A stretch of DNA of 58,933 nt, counting the filler. It is 7 parts of 7 records of this genome, joined end to end, with 100 filler letters (N's around TTAATTAATTAA, not from the genome) between each part and the next. Parts side by side here need not be neighbours in the genome. Positions count along the whole stretch, not along the records: positions 48,008 to 58,933 come from SRR31156797_49774; 6 more parts are not named here. One strand, 5' to 3'. This document shows positions 57,679-58,933 of this stretch, one piece after another. Numbering within the stretch: the stretch's first letter is position 1; each line of letters starts with the position of its first letter. The notes under the pieces are model-generated. The model ran no database searches. It saw nothing but the letters and a program-made list of their open reading frames with translations, and had not been told where the DNA came from. A program made the position numbers and the translations under genes.

Positions 57679-58872
57679 ATGAAAGAAGAAAACACAACCG
57701 GTTCCGCCGCTCCCTATGTCATCTGGGGTGAAAACCTTGATCCTGCTGCCGTGCAGCAGATGGACCATGCCTGTGCGCTGCCCATATCGATCCGGGGGGC
57801 ACTCATGCCCGACGCCCACAAGGGGTACGGCCTTCCCATCGGCGGGGTCCTGGCTGTGAGAAACGCTGTGATTCCCTATGCCGTGGGCGTGGACATCGCC
57901 TGCCGGGTGAAGATGAGCGTCCTGGATATACGGTTTGACTGGTACGAGGCCCATAAGACACGGTTTGAGCTCGCCCTGGAGCAGGAGACACGGTTTGGTG
58001 TGGGCGCATCCTTTCGCCGGCCAAAGACCCACCGGATTATGGACGAAGACTGGTGCTTCAGTTCCACCATGGGGGCGCTCAAGGACACGGCCTGGCGGCA
58101 GCTGGGGACCAGCGGTTCGGGCAACCATTTTGCCGAGTTCGGCAGCCTGGTCCTGGACCGGGCGACCCTGGGACTCCAACCGGGCAGGTACCTTGCCCTT
58201 TTGACACACAGCGGAAGCAGGGGGCCGGGCGCCGCCGTGGCCAAGCACTACAGCACCCTTGCCAAGCGGCTCCATCCGGAGCTTCCCAAATATCTTAACA
58301 ACCTTGCCTGGCTCGACCTTGACCGGCCGGAAGGGCTTGAATATTGGAAATCAATGGAACTCATGGGCAGATATGCATCTGCAAATCATGATATCATCCA
58401 TCAGAGTGTGTTGAAGCATCTGGGGGCAGTGTCTGTCCTGACCCTGGAGAACCATCATAACTTTGCATGGAAAATGCAGTGTGGGGATGAGGAGGTGATC
58501 GTTCACCGCAAAGGAGCGACTCCCGCAGATAAGGGAGTTATTGGAGTTATACCGGGATCCATGGCGACCCCCGCCTTTGTCGTAAGGGGCCGGGGAAACC
58601 GTCTATCCCTCAATTCCGCAGCCCACGGGGCTGGAAGGAGCATGAGCCGCAATGCCGCCTTGAAGCGGTTCCAGTGGCAGGACCTCGATCGACTGCTCAC
58701 GGAAAAGGGGGTCACGCTGATGTCAGCCGGACTGGATGAAGTTCCCATGGCGTACAAGGATATCTTTGATGTCATGGCGCAGCAGAAGGATCTCGTAGAA
58801 GTCGTTGCCAGGTTTGACCCGAAGCTGGTCAAGATGGCGCCTCCCGACAGACGCAAAAGAAGAAAGCGATAG
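57679..58872 (+). CDS. rtcB: RtcB family RNA ligase
   Basis: MPDAHKGYGLPIGG, VGVDIAC, GSGNHF, HSGSR, HHN, HRKGA, PGSM, HGAGR and DEVPMAYK. Confidence 0.95.
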   Translation: MKEENTTGSAAPYVIWGENLDPAAVQQMDHACALPISIRGALMPDAHKGYGLPIGGVLAVRNAVIPYAVGVDIACRVKMSVLDIRFDWYEAHKTRFELALEQETRFGVGASFRRPKTHRIMDEDWCFSSTMGALKDTAWRQLGTSGSGNHFAEFGSLVLDRATLGLQPGRYLALLTHSGSRGPGAAVAKHYSTLAKRLHPELPKYLNNLAWLDLDRPEGLEYWKSMELMGRYASANHDIIHQSVLKHLGAVSVLTLENHHNFAWKMQCGDEEVIVHRKGATPADKGVIGVIPGSMATPAFVVRGRGNRLSLNSAAHGAGRSMSRNAALKRFQWQDLDRLLTEKGVTLMSAGLDEVPMAYKDIFDVMAQQKDLVEVVARFDPKLVKMAPPDRRKRRKR

Positions 58873-58902
58873 TTTCCAAGCAATAAAGTTCAAGGAGATA
58901 CC

Positions 58903-58933
58903 ATGTCAAAAATACTGAGAATCAATACAAAGA
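58903..58933 (+). CDS. Start of a gene, possibly an aldehyde:ferredoxin oxidoreductase (truncated)
   Basis: AAGGAG SD followed by MSKILRINTK. KILRIN resembles AOR N-termini, but only 10 codons are visible. Confidence 0.35.
   Translation, partial: MSKILRINTK

Noticed and set aside
48211-58883. Many long overlapping or antisense ORFs (e.g. 48255-49265, 49483-50418, 54880-56127)
   Set aside because: They are shadow frames of GC-rich genuine genes, with no recognisable motifs.
1-58933. CRISPR arrays, tRNA/rRNA genes, transposases or integrases
   Set aside because: None were recognised in any of the seven contigs.

Overview
This window is not one locus. It is seven unrelated contigs joined by 100-nt artificial spacers (N44-TTAATTAATTAA-N44), so gene neighbourhoods across spacers carry no meaning. 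Taxonomic labels below are inferred from gene content and composition. (1) 1-8019: a housekeeping run (gyrA, yggS, a miniature PNP-like ORF, ssb, a DUF2225-like gene, an IF-2B-family gene, a CPBP protease, mgtE). (2) 8120-20412: Desulfobacterota-like catabolic island. A GntR regulator, methylmalonate-semialdehyde dehydrogenase, FAD and Fe-S oxidoreductases and an ABC binding protein lie divergent from a ferredoxin, a degenerate AOR-like protein, a BPL-N protein and a multiheme cytochrome c/b module. (3) 20513-26011: AT-rich RTX gene end plus two HlyB-type type I secretion ABC transporters. (4) 26112-33131: surface-polysaccharide locus with a methyltransferase, a GT2-pseudokinase fusion, a GT4, a sulfotransferase and an exported hydrolase. 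(5) 33232-41127: Arcobacter-like glmU-coaBC-uppS-prepilin peptidase-lptF-truA-PAS kinase run. (6) 41228-47907: Bacteroidota contig with a carbamoyltransferase, tsaB, efp and two outer-membrane beta-barrel genes. Between the two barrel genes sits an unannotated candidate sRNA with an ECF-type promoter and a 14-nt seed perfectly antisense to the start codon of the neighbouring gene. (7) 48008-58933: Desulfobacterota-like contig with PiT, a DHH phosphoesterase, a FapA protein with MshEN-like repeats, an SBP-kinase-response regulator-diguanylate cyclase cascade, and divergent thpR/rtcB. The best leads are the candidate OMP-silencing sRNA, the clustered c-di-GMP module, the GT2-pseudokinase fusion and the cysteine-less AOR paralogue.
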